Origin: a virus
Lineage: Duplodnaviria > Caudoviricetes
Direction: 5' to 3' (one strand)
Length of the DNA: 58,654 bases
IMG/VR virus record: IMGVR_UViG_3300043775_001123
Coordinates: 1 to 58,654 of that record
The notes beneath the pieces are model-generated. The model was not told the DNA's origin, searched no databases, and was given only the letters and a program-made list of their open reading frames with translations. The position numbers and the translations under genes were made by a program. Shown here piece by piece: positions 57,301-58,654 of this stretch; position 1 is the stretch's first letter; the number at the start of each line of letters is the position of its first letter.

Positions 57301-58654
57301 TTTACGAAAATGGTAAGCCTACTAATAAATGGAGTTCTAAATTTGAAAATAAATCAAGAAATAAAGAAGACTTTAAGACAATGATTTCTGGAGTTCAAGA
57401 ATTATTACCAGAAGGACATATGTATACTGAAAAAACAAGTATATCAACAGATGGTTTAAGAGTTTGGAATCAACAATTAAGCAAAGGTTACGAATTACAA
57501 TACGATAAAGACGGAAATATACTAACCAATACAGTTTTTATAAACGGAGATGCTATTGAAAATGAATTAGGAGTAGATGTTAATCGTGGTAATTTTGATA
57601 GTATAAGGGTTACAGAGGAAGAATTTGAGAATGTAAAAAAAGCACTTATACCGTATTTAGAAAAACTAGGATTAAACGAAAATAACATTAGATTAAAAAC
57701 AAGTAAAGCGCCTAAAATACCTGGTTATAATCAAAAATCATTGGTAGAAATAGACCTGCCTATTTTAAAAAAGTCACAAAACGAAACAAAAAACAAGGTA
57801 GAGGAACTAAGACAGCAAGAGATAGCTGAATTTAATAAAGAGGTTGAAAACCCTCAAGACTTCATTACAGATGGTAAAATAGATGCTAAAAAAGTATCCG
57901 AATCTGACAACGCAAAAGCTAAGGAGATTTACGCTAAGTATGATAAGTTACTAAAACCGTTATTAACTAATATTAAAACACAAGAAGATGCCATTCAAAA
58001 GCAAAGCACAAGTGAAGGCGTGTTACGCCAAGAACAATCCGAAATGGGATTGCAAGAAGTGGTCGAAGGAGACCAAGAACCTGAAGTCACTACCGAAAAA
58101 ATTGAAAAAGTAGCTAGAATATCTGGTGTTAAACCTAAAAACATAAAGGGTTTATACGATGTAAACAGAAAAATGTTTGGTCAAAACAGAGTTAAGGCAT
58201 TAGCTTCTGCTGTAATTATGGATAGAATGATAGGTTCTATGGCTAAAAGAGCTAATGTAGATAAGTCTGAAATATATAAAAAAATAAGGTTTGAAAAATC
58301 AAGTGAAACAGACTTACCTAAAGGTATTAAATTTCAAGTAGATGCTTGGCACGGAAGCCCTCATTTTTTTGATAAATTTACAACTGAAAAGATGGGTACT
58401 GGAGAAGGTGTTCAAGCATTTGGTTGGGGATTATATTTTACAGAAATTAAAAGTATTGCTGAACATTACGCTAAATATTTGAGTTCTCCTTTATTTGAAG
58501 ATTTTGTTAGTAAATTACAGAAAAGTAATTTATCAAAATTGTCTATATTGAATATATCTGAATTTTCAGAATATTATTCGTACGATTATGACAAAGTATT
58601 AAATGCTTTAGAAAGAGAACAAGACAATGAAGCTATAAAATACATTAAAGAAAA
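54372..58654 (+). CDS. Giant ejection/polyvalent protein (more than 1427 aa, 3'-truncated) with ART-like domain
   Basis: Open from ATG 54372 to the window end (absent from track because no stop); N-terminal duplicated YVxxVxKALxDKxDGF; Gly/Ala hydrophobic segment; WHGSPH.FDKF...GTGEG.QAFGWGLYF near 58340-58440. Confidence 0.8.
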   Translation, partial: MIQDPEYVKKVHKALTDKVDGFNKSLEEFSASLNDDKYVSNVYKALSDKIDGFSKTPEQFKSLVSSPKPQKKNSNSTGTTPQKVSATKPQQKTTTSVGEKPVKTTPSGSSFGGSNNMYGGLNVLPPAPQPSSKKPIPVMGEDIQLTTKKDGVKTDMSGNVILDTTKKTLGIRDEDKFKEYKQELEKVDDRLDVAIKEKVSPRISYENLKSELDEYEFSDVIKEGLRNTYNSLIGNPLSIISSKLGSEKDFYIKKGNPLEEQKKRAEKEFAEQGVSVSPQKIQERAEELYIQDDVLKQKLSITDEFFSSIDKGHLTQKQLEVVKKAEVFNKNQEIKSKYLLYRENDSKINALNNFILEINKKGAATEEDKIEYKRLLSLATDAEETNKQLSTQFASDLEKLKTDEEKLELLKYNYNDLEAFNTFLASNITGLLGGGLKLLGETEDFLLEKVGLEGESIRANAYKSIGGEMISASEEAKKPFRAMSIEDINNLGDLGSWFTQTSSSTLTSVAAMYFGGGFGLTALSMGAGGQRIAELEKEEALGLIPKQSNGEKVLAGWFYAGASYFPEKFGTFRYLQNLRKTFSTLNSESRRLFKDSFLKSSAKIVTLTGGQSFIEGGEEGVTSLIEDVTDIYLSGKELNSNDIARKFKNATAAGIASGGTMSLGGNLSLMYYSNLNQLAVSKDIKESRRLLIEMESITEELNTNTSLLDSDKVILNRKLNDLTEKLFENVTKTENNVGNISLNEISKVIDINNEQAKIKEEYDNLRSSNISKSIKDSKVKELDAKFVSLEAIRNDILNGKYNVLSFITEEESTKLKLQAAEELKAEAIASGIEEGKVNIKEEEITKRAIDNYEKQSKETTVEKPTKEGPTGQENVQDVTSTQGQQDKVVQEKIDNVDNRPISERQAEAESKIKRKDLFIGVGEFSTELGGSDKAAVPVSHNENNGIEVVEYAHPDTGSIDVIVTGKSENDFVGFYRVYENGKPTNKWSSKFENKSRNKEDFKTMISGVQELLPEGHMYTEKTSISTDGLRVWNQQLSKGYELQYDKDGNILTNTVFINGDAIENELGVDVNRGNFDSIRVTEEEFENVKKALIPYLEKLGLNENNIRLKTSKAPKIPGYNQKSLVEIDLPILKKSQNETKNKVEELRQQEIAEFNKEVENPQDFITDGKIDAKKVSESDNAKAKEIYAKYDKLLKPLLTNIKTQEDAIQKQSTSEGVLRQEQSEMGLQEVVEGDQEPEVTTEKIEKVARISGVKPKNIKGLYDVNRKMFGQNRVKALASAVIMDRMIGSMAKRANVDKSEIYKKIRFEKSSETDLPKGIKFQVDAWHGSPHFFDKFTTEKMGTGEGVQAFGWGLYFTEIKSIAEHYAKYLSSPLFEDFVSKLQKSNLSKLSILNISEFSEYYSYDYDKVLNALEREQDNEAIKYIKE
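56926..57051 (+). CDS. Nested +1-frame basic peptide (MKNNLKKLQSKNPLKK..., 41 aa)
   Basis: ATG with A-rich context (ATAACTATG) inside an acidic linker of the giant gene. Confidence 0.35.
   Translation: MKNNLKKLQSKNPLKKDLQGKKTYKMLPQHKDNKIKSYKKK
57988..58113 (+). CDS. Nested +1-frame MPFKSKAQ-type small basic protein (41 aa)
   Basis: MPFKSKAQVKACYAKNNPKWDCKKWSKETKNLKSLPKKLKK; resembles a common stand-alone phage family (from memory). Confidence 0.6.
   Translation: MPFKSKAQVKACYAKNNPKWDCKKWSKETKNLKSLPKKLKK

Noticed and set aside
63-57688. Many short antisense or shadow ORFs in the track (e.g. 63-287, 31063-31503, 31984-32331, 53855-54316, 56399-56878)
   Set aside because: They lie opposite well-supported genes and show the S/F/L/I-rich composition of reverse frames
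1-58654. Direct circular join of the window ends into one giant ORF
   Set aside because: The end leaves 2 spare bases (GAA AA) and joining to base 1 gives AAC AAA AAA TAA, so intervening sequence must be missing if they are the same gene
1-58654. CRISPR array, integrase/att site, DGR, intron or intein
   Set aside because: No spaced repeats, recombinase, reverse transcriptase or splice motifs seen; terL and helicase are uninterrupted
1-58654. Stop-codon reassignment as in some crAss-like phages
   Set aside because: Genes are intact and densely packed under code 11, TAG and TGA both end real genes, and no suppressor tRNA is present

Overview
AT-rich (roughly 30% GC by eye) segment of a tailed dsDNA phage that probably infects Flavobacteriia (Bacteroidota). 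The host call rests on TAnnTTTG promoter boxes before most operons and A-rich start contexts without Shine-Dalgarno. The left arm (about 1.5-24.2 kb, minus strand) carries early and replication genes: T5 A1-like nuclease, MazG-like pyrophosphatase, two C5 methyltransferases, Twinkle/T7 gp4-type primase-helicase, initiator, 5'-3' exonuclease, ERF, SSB, a mini kinase, an amidoligase plus class II GATase, an Ocr-like acidic protein and many small ORFs. The right arm (about 25-58.6 kb, plus strand) carries head fibres/spikes, an inverted groEL-groES unit, lysis genes, terminase, portal, scaffold, capsid, podovirus-type ring/nozzle proteins, ejection proteins and a giant polyvalent protein that runs off the window. 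No DNA polymerase, RNA polymerase or integrase is visible. The most unusual signals are (i) hidden coding inside the giant gene: an A10 slippery site opening an aromatic-rich -1 frame, and two nested 41-aa basic genes, one starting MPFKSKAQ; and (ii) two clusters of structured RNA: a tRNA-like RNA with a long hairpin inserted in its D-loop next to a second structured RNA and a kissing-loop attenuator (10.7-11.2 kb), and an ORF-free hairpin-dense tract of about 550 nt ending in a mini-tRNA (23.05-23.65 kb). All protein calls come from motif recognition by eye; no database search was run.
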